A DNA stretch of 64,000 bases, taken from positions 9,548,001-9,612,000 of the forward strand of contig CM059447.1 of the NCBI GenBank assembly GCA_030390025.1. Reading direction: 5' to 3'. Positions 50,056 through 63,751 of the stretch are shown in pieces. Below the pieces are notes generated by a model. The model ran no database searches, was not told the origin of the DNA, and worked only from the letters and a program-made list of their open reading frames with translations. This stretch comes from Squalus acanthias (lineage: Eukaryota). The position numbers were made by a program, and so were the translations under genes. Within the stretch, counting starts at the first letter, position 1. Every line of letters begins with the position of its first letter.

Positions 50056-50572
50056 AATACGTCTGACAGCATTGGAAACAAGAGAAGATGTTAACATTTA
50101 AGGTACAGATCTTTTTAATAGAAAGCAAAAGTAAAGTTAGAGCTGTCCAAAGCAAAGAGAGAAGGGGAGAGCGGGCAAAGATCACGGGGTAGATTTGAAC
50201 TTTCGGCGCCGGGTGATAAACTCAGATTAGCTGCCTGTCACTCACCCCACCCAATTTTCCTTTCCACCGAGATCAATGGGAATCTTGTGGAGGCTAGCGT
50301 GATAAAAATCGAGCATAAACAGGTCCATATTGTTGTTGAGAGAAGGGCCAAGAGCAAAAGCACAATGAGATAGTTCCGAGTCTGATCAACTACAAACTAG
50401 GGGAAACCTCAAGACAAAAAAGAAAATTTCTGCAGCTGTAGAGCAACAGCTAGAGTCAGAAAAACTAAGTATGCGGTGAAAAGATTTAATTGGCAACTGC
50501 TGATGGCTTATTCAGCACAAAGTGTTTGGTAGCGTATTTACATAAAATTATCCGCACTGCATTAAAACTAGG

Positions 50573-50759
50573 CAGTGTTCCGAGCATTCTCCCAAAGTTC
50601 CCGCTAAGCTGCTCGGCTGCGCAGTCAACTGCAATGTCCCGCGCAGGCCGCTCACCGGCTTTTACATTGTCGGTACCGCGCATGCGCAGAAATTTGAACG
50701 GGCCGCGCATTGGGGGAGGCAGGCCACGCAGGAGGCAGCGCGGCTTACGGGGGACATTG
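50573..50759. mobile_element. hAT-like MITE
   Basis: CAGTGTTCC / CAATGTCCC...GGGGACATTG termini and the gcgcatgcgc core shared with the 24244/28223 copies. Confidence 0.65.
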
Positions 50760-51584
50760 CTTCCTGCACATAATTAAAACTGTTCCGTCAGCAAGTTTTA
50801 CTCGTCAAGCCCAGCTAGTTTTATTGCATGCGGTCTAAGGAGGAGGATGTAGAGTTTTGTTCATCAATAGTTGAACTTAGAATGACACGAGGTCTATTAT
50901 GCAAAGCTGTATTTGCACCGCCTCATACAGTGAACAAAATAACAATGGTGAAATTTGTGGGAAAAGCAAAGGATTATATAAAATATTACAAAACAAGTTG
51001 AAAGAGAGTCAAACCAGAACACCAGAAAGTGCTGGTGGGAAAGGAAATGGAACCAGTGGAAAACCAAAAGGACAGGAAGTTGCTACTGTTTAACAAGAGA
51101 CAGAAATCAGTCAGAATGAAGCAAAGTTTATTTACTTGGCCAGACATTTTCAATTTTAAAGATGTGAACTAACACACCAGTAGATTCCACTGAACCTTTT
51201 AGATAAACTTGAGAGGACTTCAGCTTTTAGCATGCGTTTGGACTGGTTGGTTCCATCATTTGACTTGTACCAAGATTATATTTCCTGTGGGCCTTCTTTA
51301 CGCCAAGTCCTGGACTACCACCACACATGTACAGAAATCATTCACTTTTTACCTAATGCATACATACTGACATCCAGCAACAGAAAATAAAGCAGCAAAA
51401 ATACTGATGGTTGACGGTAAACAAAATGGTAGATTGTGCAAGTCCTTCATCACTTGTGAAAAAAAGAGAAGTTTTGGTTTTATAAATATTAATATTCACA
51501 TACATGCTGAGCACTGCTGCAATCAGTCCATTAATTTAAAACTGTGTCAGAAGAGGTTCTGCGCAACAGAACTTCAAACATTAG

Positions 51585-52247
51585 GGGGGGGAAATTGGGT
51601 CGATTTACAAATCCCCTAGTGCCGCGTTGCTGCTAACACCTCCCGCGAAATTCAGCGGGAGGTTAGCGGCAGCAGTAGCCAGTAACGTCTCGCAGTGCTG
51701 CGCCGCCGGCGATGATGTCATCGCTATGCATAGCGCCCCGGCCGCAAACTTGGGTTGCACCCCCTGACCTATTGGTGGACGATATGTCCGTCAGGGTCAG
51801 GGTGGTGTTTTTGTAGCCGCGGCGATGCTACTTAAAGGGCAGGTGTCGGGCGGCCATTTTCTTTTGGCCGACTGCCAGCACCTGCCCCCGCCCCCTTTTT
51901 TCTTTGGGGTGCTGGCTGCGATCGCTTAACCCGGCACTCCTTGAGTGCCGGGCTGTTTTCATGGCACCCCACTCCCTGGTGGTCTAGCAGGGCCCCAGTG
52001 CGCGCAGCACTAGGCACCTCCCGAGGTCTGCAATAACATGACGCTACGTGCCGAAGCGCGTGGGGCTGTTGCATGCAGCGCCGCGATATTCAGTTGTAGC
52101 GCACCAAGAAGGAGGTGGAGCGCTTCCAGTAGCGCCCTGCCTCCTGCTTGGGGCGCTACAACTGAATTTCAGGTGGAGGGGCACTAATTTTTTCGGGGCG
52201 CTAGCGACGTTAGCACCCCAAAAGGGACGACACCGAATGTTTCCCCC
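51585..52247 (+). mobile_element. MITE family A, full length
   Basis: GGGGGGGAAATTGGGT...CCGAATGTTTCCCCC flanked by a 3-bp TAG duplication (51582-51584 / 52248-52250), as expected for Harbinger elements. Confidence 0.85.
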
Positions 52248-53779
52248 TAGGAGTTCTGCTCAATGAGCTCCAGAAAACGAGAGGGTTAGTAGTTCTCAGT
52301 TCTTTCAAGCATCTCCCAGCAACAGATGGAGCGTACAGACCAGAGAATAACTTTCCTGGCTTCTTGATCAAGGAGCATTCCTAATTGTGTGAACATTGAG
52401 TGTGGTGGAGGTTTGATATCAGTTACACGCCATTGGATAGTAACTGTATTTGCTTTATTCAGAATAGCAGAGATATCTGGTCTCTGAAGAAGTGCAAAAT
52501 ATAGTGTGGCATAGGTGCCTAAAGGTGCTACAAGTTTCTCTGAACTTTCTCCGATAGTACAGAATGAAAAACATTTCCATCAATTGATTTACTTCTTAGA
52601 ATTGTTTGGTACTAAGCATACTGAGTGAAGAGGGGCTGCATACAACTTAATTATCATAGTTTGCTATTTTGCACTTTGGTTTGGGTGAGGAAAGTGTGGC
52701 AGTACAGTTCCACCCATCTGCAGTTTACTAAGCACAGTGTAGCACAGAACAGAAGTAGAAGTAGGCCCACTAACGTGTTTATCATCTGCTAACCCTGAGA
52801 CAATGCTCAGGTGCAAAGGATAGTACACTTGTGCAACGTTCTTTTGGGGAAAAAAAGGCAACTAAATTAAATTATTTAAAAATGAACTCTGCAGGGATGA
52901 GAGTACATTAAAATAAAAATGAGGCAAATGGTTCCAAGTCTTTTCAATGAGTGATGGTTTTCTGCTAAAAGCATTCACTTTCTATACTAACTGTCTGGAA
53001 CAACTCACAGTTCAACTCTTTACCAAAACATGACTTCCAGCCATTTGTTTTGATGGAGGCTAAATGGAGGGAAATATTGTCAGTCATCACGCCATGAAAT
53101 AATTGTCTGCGGGGCACAGAATGACAATGCAATTCAGCACTGCAGAAACCAATGCCGAGTTCACAGCCTGTTTTCATTCTGTCTGAATAACAGATGAAAT
53201 AGATGAACAAGAAAATCTGGAATAATGGCAATAAAATCTGGTTTTATGATGGCATGGTAACTGAAGGCAGTCGAAGACGCAAAAGGACGATCAAGAACCT
53301 GAACTGCCAAATTGATTTGGGCTTCCTAGGAATTAAACCTCAGTGCTATCTGCAATTTGTAGCATGTGGAGTAAGGGATGCTGAAGGAAGAGATTAGTTG
53401 ATTTAAAACAGTCATTGGTCAGCAAGTCCTGCTCTTACAGTAAAGTGAACCCCAGCATTCAGTGTATCCCAAAGGAAGTAGCTTATTCCCTTCATCAATC
53501 CAATGAGGCCCATCCGTGGCATGATTAAGGAAAATAGTCGGGAATGCAATCTCTAAACTCTCAAAAGTTTTTGGAATTCTAGAATTCCCATGGGGGAAGG
53601 AAAAAATTAAGTTTTTTTTCCAATTTCCTCTTTTACTTTCCGGTTGAATTTTTCTTTGAAACTACATTTCCCTTCTTACTCAGAGAAATGCCAGTCATTA
53701 CAGAATACTGGGACCCAATAGAGAAATGTGAGCAAGCAAGAAATACATGTGCAGAATGATATACTCAAACCAGCACCCC

Positions 53780-54110
53780 TTTCTTTGTCAACTATCAGCC
53801 CTTTTCTCCCCACCGTTCCCAAAATGATTGGCAGCTTGCTGAGGTGTAGTTTTACAGATGCCAGGCACCCTCCAGTACATTATGAAAGTAGCCACTGTTT
53901 GTGTGTGAGCCTAGATAGTTAACCTGTAATCAACAGGTTATCTGATCACCTTAAAGCTAAACCTGATCTAAAGCCAAACCGGTCATCTGAATTTGACATT
54001 TGCACACCTCCAGCAAAGGCTATTAGCGATCAGAAGCAGGACCCGTGCCAAATCAGCACAGAACAGGGATTAAACCTGGGACCTTCTTATCTGTAAGGCT
54101 GAGCTACTCA
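53780..54110 (-). mobile_element. SINE family B, diverged
   Basis: gcaccctccagtac...gtgtgagcctag...cagcacagaacagggattaaacctgggaccttc. Confidence 0.6.
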
Positions 54111-55941
54111 CTGAACTTCAATGGAGAGTCAGATCGATATCCTACCCGGACCCACCCTATTCCTGCTGAGTGGTGTGTGTTAAAATCAGGTTATGGTTTC
54201 TACATTAAACATACTTGTGTGCGCATAATGTTTGTGGTCCTGACTGTAGAACTAATCCAAAGCTGCTGGAATGGCTGGTACAACAGCACTCAGTCATTCT
54301 GATTGAATGTTCCTTTCCCCCAAGGAGGTAAATACCGTACAAAAACAGTCTCGAGTTCTCAAAGTCTCTTTGTTCCAATTGTTCAGGGATTATATGATGA
54401 TTTTTGTATAAATGAATACATCTGCAATTCATCGCCAAGTCACTCACCATCCTGACATCGACACACATCACCGTTCCTTCATTGTCACTCGGTCAAAATT
54501 TTAGAATTTCCTACCTAATGCCATTATGGGAGCACTGTCGCCACAGCGGTTGAAGCAGAAGGTTCACCATCACCTTTTCTGGACAACTAGGGATTGGCAG
54601 TGAAAGTGGCCTTGCCTGCATTCGAACAAAAAATTACCTACCTCACAATTTTTTCTTTTCCTCAAACCATGAAGCTGTATTTACAAGTAGTGATTTGTTA
54701 TTGACCCATAACTCATGACCCTTACTGTCTGTTCTGAGAGGCTACACCTGTAAAGCACAGTCATGGCGGAATTTCCTATTTAATCTGAAGATAAAGGGAA
54801 AAGTACATTCTACTGAAAAAATAATTGTCAATTTTTATAAAGGGAGATGGCTGCACACTTATCATGTCATGTTTATGTTTTAGAACTGCTGTAGCATAGT
54901 ATGGGGACAGACATTTTATACAGAACTCTTTCAGCTGGATCATTCAGTTCTACTTCAGTCACATCATGAATCATGAATGTCCCACAGCTCCACTATTCCT
55001 ATGTGTTGTTTCTGGTTAAGGACTTCATATTAACACATCGGGTGCTGTTCTGCCAATATATCTACTTCTAGGATCCACCTAACAAGCAGTTCTGAACCAC
55101 AAAATATGGAAACAAGGGGCGATATCCAAGAGTGTACAGATATATCCCTTTATAATATTTAGGATTATGGGACAGTTCAGTAGAATATGCTTTTTGTTTA
55201 ACTATCTTTACTTTTAATTCTAGGCTGCTCTTGTAGCTTGAACCCTAAAAATGATATAGTGCAGGTTTCTTGGAAAGGGATTATACAAAGATGTAATTTC
55301 TCAGACTGTCCTCCCTCACCATTCATGTATTAGCACTACAGACTCCTAGGCCCAGAGATGTCAAGAGTGGAAACAATTTTAATGGCTTCACATTACGAAC
55401 AAAAGGAAGAGTGCGATTGTGTGTATCTCTTTATCCACTTAATCAAATCTCAAAAGAACCATCCTTTCACTTGATCAAAATTCTAACTGGACTTGAAGCT
55501 TTTCAAGTGAATTTTTAGACTACCTTACTTTCAAGGCAGCGTATTTTTGATATGTACTTCCAGGGGATCCCTTCATTGCATACATGCAAGGAGCATTTAT
55601 GTTTCAAGAAAGGAATCTGCTGAGAATGCCTTTTTACAGAGAAACCAATGTTAATAATGCACAGCAAGCGATCCAGATTGTCTCTACTACAGTAGACCCA
55701 GTGGTGAATTTAACTAAATGGTCTTAACTCTCTGTAATGTGCAAGAATAATTTAGTACTGTTGCCATTGCCACAGGAATGACAATGTTTTCAAAACCAAA
55801 TCCCAAGAAAGCTGTGCCTTGCAACCCTTTGAGAATTATGGTCGCACTTTAGCAGTAAAGCAAGCATGATGATATGGAAAAGAATTTTATGTAAAAGGTA
55901 GAACATTAATAATGGATTATTGCTTCTATTGTACATTTAAT

Positions 55942-56676
55942 GGCCCATATTTTCCAACCCCCACGGGTGCGTACGAGCCCATAGGGACCGCGCAAGTTCC
56001 GGGTTTAGGCATGCGAAGCGCATGCGCTGAAACCCGGAACTTGCGCTCTGTCAAAAATTCTCGACAGATCCAATGCATGCCCGGGAAAAGTGCCTCTGTG
56101 GGTGGAGAGTTGCGCTATTTGCTCAACCTCCGCCCTCTGAAAGGCCACAGAATTCTTATGTTTGGTAAAAGCAGGGCCTGCTTTTACCAGCTTAGGAGTT
56201 TAAAAAAATAGAATACTAAGATTTTATCACTCACTTATAAATTAAAAACCCTGTCCAATAAGTTAATTTTATATTAAGCCCCATTTAAACACATTAAAAA
56301 AATTAAATTTTTGTTTAACAAAATGCCATTTTAATTAATTTTATATATGTAATGGTTTTTCTTTATTTATTTCAATGTGTTGGTGCATTTTTGTAGTCAC
56401 CCCCATTCATACTTTTTGATAGTTCTGTGTGTACGGAGCTGTCAAAGGTATGAAGGGGGATTCCCTTCTTCCATTGGTTGAGCTGGCCCACGTGATCCCA
56501 GGGGCGCTTGCGAACCACATGCGCCCCTGGGATACGTGGGCCTCTGCGCATTTCCAAGAGGAGGGGCCGAGGATCGCAAGTTTCCGTATCTCCGGGACCA
56601 GCTGGTAGGTTCTTAGATTTTTTTGCCGACCGGAAGCATCTGCCCGCAGGAAGCCTCCGATCGGAAATTCAGGGCC
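55942..56676. mobile_element. Harbinger-type non-autonomous element
   Basis: TIRs GGCCCATATTTTCC...GGAAATTCAGGGCC, GC-rich ends and AT-rich core. Confidence 0.7.
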
Positions 56677-56774
56677 ATAGTTATAAATTTTCTACATACT
56701 GTATCATTTGAAACTGATTTTCAAACTGCAAGCTCAATATAGACCAGTGGTGAATCATACTAGAAGGAAGGGAG

Positions 56775-57125
56775 GACTTACATTTATATAGGGCCTTATT
56801 AGATCTGCCAAAAGTACAGTTTACTTTGAAATGCGGTGATTGTTATGTAGGCAAACGTGACAGCTATTTTGTGCATGTGGTCTTTCAATGAGCAAATGAG
56901 ATGGATGATCAGCTAATCTGGTTTTGGTGCTGTTGGCTGGGATACTGGGAGAACCGCCACTCTTCTGATCTTCAACATTAGTCCGAACAAGCAGTTGGGG
57001 CCTTGGTTTATTGTCTCCACCTCGACAATGCAGCATTCCCTCAGTACGACACTGGAGCATCAAACTAGATTATACGCCAAGTCCTGGAATAGAACTTGAA
57101 CCCACAGCTCGGAGACTCAGGGGTG
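56775..57125 (-). mobile_element. DeuSINE, diverged
   Basis: acttacatttatatag tail...tgcagcattccctcagtac...acttgaacccacagc head. Confidence 0.7.
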
Positions 57126-57887
57126 ACAGAAAAGAACTTCACACAATTTCAAGGTTGTACAGCACTTGTCTAAACACTGTTTATTGAAATTCTGCACTTC
57201 CATCTTGACATCTTGCAATTAATATTGAAGTATTGTAAATTCTCAGTTGGAGCACTGGTCTTAGAACTAGCACCAAAACAACCGAATCTACAGAAGAGAC
57301 GGTTAATTTATCAACAAATATTTTCTAAAATAGGTTTGTCCAAAGAAACCGTAAAAAGCTTCCTGAATCACCATTAAAACACTGATTTCTGGCCAAAATA
57401 TACCACAGTATTCATTACTTCATTCAGAAAATGCTGTTTGAGGATAACAGCCAGATACAAATGTTTTCAGTACACAATCAAATTCCACACAAAATTATAT
57501 ACCATTTTTAATTACTGTACTACATAATTGTTAGTCTGTCAGACATGAGGAAAAAATTAAGGACTTACAGAAGACAATGATTAAAGAACACCATCACTTT
57601 GCACCATTACTGTATTACTATTTAATAATTGTTGGAAACAAATTATAGAAGGTGTTCAGTCACAATTATGAATGTCCTAACCCTCATGCCAGTCTGCCAC
57701 CTACTGTCCAGCAGACTGTTCAGCTAGTTAATGCATTGACAATTAAGATGTAAACTGTTGCACTGTGAAGCCCCAAATAACCTACAAAATGTTGTATCGC
57801 TAAGAAACATCAATCTTGTTTATTGTTAAAATCAACCTCATAAAAGGGGGTGTAGAAGTTCCAATGGTTAGAAATTAAAGAAAAGAA

Positions 57888-58192
57888 ATAACTTGCACGG
57901 CTATAAAGCCCATCACAACCATAGGACGTCCCAAAGCGCTTTACAACCAATGAGGTACTTTTGAAGTATAGTCACTGCAGTAATGTAGGAAATGCAGCAG
58001 CCAATTTGGACACAGCAAGGTCCCCACAAACAGCAATTAAATAAATGGCATGGTCATCTGTTTCAAGTCTTGGTTGAGGGATAAATGTTGGCCAGGACAC
58101 TGGAAGAACTCTCCTGCTCTTCTTTGAATAGTGTTGTGGGATCTTTTACATCCACACAAGGGGGTGGGGGACAGGACCTCGATTTAATGTCC
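57888..58192 (-). mobile_element. DeuSINE fragment
   Basis: aggacgtcccaaagcgctttacaaccaatgaggtacttttgaag...gggatcttttacatccac. Confidence 0.8.
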
Positions 58193-61100
58193 CATTATGA
58201 GCATATTCTTTCAAAGGCCAAATATACATGCAAATTTTCCTAGGAGTAGAAATTCTAAGCAAAAATGTACCAGATAAGACAAATCCGTATTTCACACATA
58301 CTCAACAGGAAAACTACACAGATACAATCATATTTACTTCACTTTTATTTCGGCACTGTAATTTCAAAAAACTGATGATATATGGGATGCAACATGAACA
58401 AAGCAAAGGTCGCTCAATCCCCGTTATTTTAGCTAATTGAAGTGAACTTCTCACCCCCTAGGTGGTTAAATCTTGTTGAAAGTTAGTAAAAAATTCAGTT
58501 GCAGGTAGCATTTACCCTCAAACATACACTCATAATGGGTTTTAAATTCGGTTGGTTCATTATTGAAGGAGGAGGTATAGTGACTATTTTGTGGTTAATC
58601 CTTTCCTGCACAGACAGACCAAAAATAACGTCTTTTGGTCATTGAAATTCAACGGTCCAAAAGTGGTTTTGTGTTTGATTTCTGTTAAACTGTACAGGCC
58701 TTGTGCCTTAAAGAACCAATAGATTTTTGTTTTAAGTAAATTATTCTGGCTTCAAACCATTAAATACACTGTCTATTTAGTCTTTGCCTATAGGTCGTGT
58801 TACGTTGGAAACTGTGAGCTGCACGTGACAGGACTGCACAGCCACAGTGTCCTGGGTTTCAAAATGGTGGACTTGAATTATTTTTAAGGGATTTTGTTTT
58901 TGCTTTATCGTTTTGTTTTATTTGTGGTGGAATTGTCAAATTTTAGCAATGCAATATTAAGTTTAGTGTTCCATTAGCAGTCACTATGAAGGGCTGGTAT
59001 TGTCCAGTGGATGAATTTTATGGGGAAGAACAATCCCTGAACAGTCACATACCACTTGTACTATGAAGTTGCCATGTCCCCGGAATGTGCACGAGTCGGT
59101 CATGTTCCTATAGTGTCTGAGCAGTACAGCTGCCATGTTCCTGCACTGCACAGTCAGCATGTGACGATTTAAAGTTGTTTAGGCTGTGACAGCCAACTTG
59201 CATTATTGATAAACCCATGTTGTTAATACATAAAGCACTATTATAAATGATTTTACAAGTTCATTGACCATATATAAGGCTTCCCCCTAGTTGATCAGCT
59301 ATACAGTTCTTGGCTTTATCTCCAAATTATGAACTCTGAAAAATATTTAAGGGATTAAACAAAAGTGGAAAGAATATTGAAAGTAACAGGGCATCTTTGA
59401 AGTGCTGCAGTCATTCCTATTTCACAATAGGGAGCAGCTTCAAGAGGGCCAGGAACATGTGATTCTTTTGAAGAAAGCACAGCAACCCAATGATGCAAGT
59501 CCTGTAAGTGCTGACCTGACCTTTAGTACTTCATAGGCTATGGTAATTAGGCAGGTCTCTTGTCATTTCTATGCAAAATGCAGCTCCTTTATAAAGCAAA
59601 ATCTGGTTGGGACAGATGTGGCTTGAGCATTAATGAACAAACAGAACTGGTCAGAGATTATGTATCATAACTGGGACGAGAAAAAGCAAACAGCCTCAAA
59701 AATAGCACAATTCTTATGCCAGCTGGCGCACATTATAGTCAGCTCGAACAGTTCTTCAGAAAATTCCAGCTGTCATATTGCTAATGATTATTTAATAGTA
59801 CTACAATTTTAAACACACATTGTAGTAAAGCTGCATTTAATGTTTCCCTAGTCAAGTTCTATTCCAAAATCTATATCAAATAAATTATTGAAAACCATTA
59901 TCTGTTTCAATCTTCTAATTACTTTTAGCTAATCATTGTTCTGAGGCCTATTGTCTAGTATTCCTTAATTAGAATATTGTGTCCAGTTTTGGGCTGAGCA
60001 ATGTAGTTCCCACTGGTGGGATGGCTCGCTGGCACTCGCTGTCAAGGTTCTCACAAGAACAATGAATTACCTAAACATCTGTAATAAGATGAGGAGACAA
60101 ATTAATCAAACAACACTTGCCTTTGAATGAGTTGGGTTGAAACTTAAGAAACAGACTGTCCTTCCCTCTTCGAACTTGGATTTGAATCTCTGTCACTACA
60201 AAAGGTCTCGAGAAAAATAAACTTGGGTAGTCCCAACTCCTATAGTCCTAGTGACCATGTGCCCATCACTCAAAACTGTCCATAACTGCCCGTGACACAA
60301 TCCACAATTCAACATTAATTGATATTAAACTGGCAATCGCAGAGATTAAAAAATTAACTGGGAAATGGGAACACTTCAAAGTCGTGCAGAAGGGTACTCC
60401 TTGGACATTGGGCTTCGGGCATAGCAGAAGAAGATTTACTCTGCATTTGACCAGTGCCATACCTGATTTGGGGGTGCTCTGTGCTGCTGTTGATAGAGAG
60501 GAAAAAATGGAAAACTGCCCCATTCCCTGCAGCTGACACCCCTCACTCACCTTCACAAGTACAAAAATGGAATTAAAAATACATGATATGTAAAAAAATA
60601 CACATTTATTATGAGCCCATCTGGTTACATAAGTCATTGCAGTGAACGTGCGTAGACACACAAGTACTCACAAAATACCGGAAATGACCAAAACAAGTTT
60701 TTTGGGGGAAATTACAGTGCTGCGTGTGTTAGTTGAACAAAAGCAGAACTAAAGATGCCAAAGTGCGAGTTCATGAACAGGAAATCTGTTTCCTGTTTGG
60801 CCTTGAGATTACTTATTAAAAAAACTGCAGTTAAAAAAGTAATGTAAAGCAAAGTAGGGAACCTTGCATAACTCAACTCCACTGTGCTAAGCACCAGCAG
60901 CTTTTTGAAGGAACTCCTGATGGGGTAAATCCCAGAGCTTAATTATCTTTTTAACTAATTAAAACAATCCACCAGAAATTAAATTCAAATAACAAAGGAA
61001 CAGGTTTTTGTTTCAAATAAATTTTAAGAATCTATACAAGATCACATTTCTGTTGCTCATGGCGAGTCGGAGAATCTTCTGTTTTCTAACAATATGGTTG

Positions 61101-61992
61101 TGATATTATGCAGCACGCAGCAGATTAAAAGGTAGGTATGTGGGGTTTAGGAGTGTCAGAAATGGTGGTGGGGGGGGGGGGGGGGGGCGCGGGGGGAATC
61201 CTAGGGAAGTGCAGGTATTAGTTTCAGGGTCTGGAAGCAGAGGCAGTGGGAGTCAGGAATCTGGCAGTGAGTCGGGTTGCCAAGCCTCCAAGAGCTAAAT
61301 GGTGTACTTTCTTTCCATTGAACTCTTTCGCTTATTAGTTCCAGAAAATATTGGAGATGGGGGCGGGAAGGCTGCTTGACTGGGCGGGGTGGTCAGAGGC
61401 AGCAGGTCATGTGATGAAACCTTCAGGGATACGTTCAAACACAGTTGGCATCCCTCGGCAGCGGGGCATGAGGGGTTTGGTTTAATTAACCAGCACATCT
61501 ATCCTCCATCGTGCTACAGGTACTCTGCTTTCAAAGCCTATCTAACATTACATCTAAACAACATCCTCTCTAATACACTTCATTCTACAGGTCCCACAAC
61601 TAGAGCATAGGTAACCAACAGCTTTCCTGCTCAGGAAGTGAAGATACTTATCTGAAGCATATCCTGTTTGTTACTCACCTCATACCAACAGCACATTCTG
61701 CAGCAGGTACAGAACCATATCTGAAATATATTTTTGAGCTGCGCTCGCTTTTCAATTTTGAGGAAAAGCCGTTCAACTGTGTGGCATTTTTATAAACACT
61801 CAAAATGGAAGAAAAAAAATCTTGTCCAAGAGTTCAATTAATCCCTTCACCAGCCTCGGTTTAGCGACTGTTGGGGTGTAAAACATTTGCTACAGAATTC
61901 ATTTTGGAATGTAAATTACTGACACACCGTAGATTCACAAAATCTACAAATGATGTGTTTCAAATGTACACTTTGGGCAGAATACACATACA

Positions 61993-63189
61993 ACCCTAAA
62001 AATTCGCTCGCGCTGTCCAATATGGCGGGCAGGAAGGTAGTGCTCATTTCGAGCCGGATGTACACCTGCCACCATATTGGATCGAACTTCTCTGTCGGTG
62101 CCCAGAACGCATGCCGCAACTATTGAAAACACTGAATAACTTACACAAATTAGGATCCGACACTTGTTGCAGGACCCTTTGCCGATTTTGGTCTGCCCCA
62201 GCACCAGACTCGCTAAATGCTAAACTCACCCAGAAACTCGTGGCCCCAACAGGCAGAAAGGCCCCCTCACCAGTGCTATTTAAAGGGATCCTGCGGTATT
62301 TACAGGTTAGTTGCCGGTTTGTCACTCTGGGCGTTTTGTGACATATTTTCTACTTCTGGAAAGTTAAGTTTGACTCCTGAGAAGATTTTGCTGGTGTTGC
62401 ACTGTTTTTGACTGCCTTATAAACAGTTGGGGCTGGAGGAGGACTCGAAGCAGCAAGAAAGACAACAGCGAGCAGGAGCAGCTGCCACAGGAGGGAGGAG
62501 GACAGCACTGCACAGTGAACAGAAATAATTAACAATCACACTTCTGCAACCCCCTTAGTGCGTGTCTGCTGTGCTCGGTTTCCTATTGTGGTGCTCCTAT
62601 GAAGTATTTCCCCAGTGGCTACAGCCTAGGAGGCGGAAGGTTGCTGAGCTTCTATTTAGGACACTTCAGATAGACGTGGTGGGTGACCAAGAAACTCGGG
62701 GCTCAAGGGCCCTGTTGCGAACTGCAGCCTCTCTGCATGGAGCAGGGCAATCTGGCCCACCTGGCTCCGGGGCACTATAAATGGCACTGGCGGAGTGGCT
62801 GGTGGAGGAGCAAGCATGCAGTTGTGCTGAGAGGGGACAGTAGGTGCCTCTCCTGTGGAGCCAATGCCACTCTGCTGCGACTGTGCTTCAGCACTAATGC
62901 GGCTCCGTGCAAGAAGAGTGCAGGAGTGACCCGACGCTCTGGAAGCCTGTTAACAGTGGCCCTCAAAGCCAAGAAATTCTGGCTGCACTTAAGTGGAATC
63001 AGTGACGTCCAAAATTCGGCTGCCTAAAACAGGCCTACAGACAATGAATAGTGCTGGCTGCATGCCTGAGTCACAATATTGAGCAGGCAGCACAAACATT
63101 GTGTTGCCTGGGACAACATTAACAGGTATGTGCGACGCATGCCCTGCCCACTGCACGCCTGTTTTTGGGCGCAATCAAATTTCTAGGCC
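61993..63189. mobile_element. Harbinger-type element (internally deleted)
   Basis: Right TIR AAATTTCTAGGCC as in 4935-5801, degraded left TIR, and the shared subterminal ccaatatggcggg/cctgccaccatattgg palindrome. Confidence 0.6.
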
Positions 63190-63269
63190 ACAGTGCTCAA
63201 AAGAGTCAACACCAGCAGTCCTGAGTGCACACCCTCATACAAGCACACATTCAGACACCTTAGGAGATT

Positions 63270-63590
63270 TTCTTTTGCCAATTTTCACCCCTCCTCCTCT
63301 CAAGGTCATTGACTCCTGCTGGCGTAGAGTTCCGCAGGCACCAGTCACCCTCCCCAACTTCATCCCAAGCGACCGAGAATGTGCAGTTCACAGACACAGC
63401 TGATACATGTACTCATTTTCCAGCTGTGGTACTGACTATCTCTCAGTGGCAGGAACACCGGCTGTTTTTGCTCTCTATACTCCACACACTGACATCATTT
63501 GTAAAATTCCTGCTATCACCCAGGCTGAGATCAACTGACTCAGCAAAACCTAGGGTCTTCTGGCCTGTATGGCTCAGATACACACTTCCC
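63270..63590 (-). mobile_element. SINE family B
   Basis: gactcctgctgg...ctgagatcaactgactcagc...ctgtatggctcag. Confidence 0.6.
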
Positions 63591-63751
63591 TCACCAACTA
63601 AATCAAGGGACACGCACGCACATACGCTTCAAGCTTCAGACAGGTAAGGAAGCCTTCCTGAGGTTTCAATAGCGTGGACAAATTCAGTAAAGAAAACTAC
63701 TATTCACAACATCTCCAGAAAACTCACCAAAGGCCTCATAAAAAAACTTTT

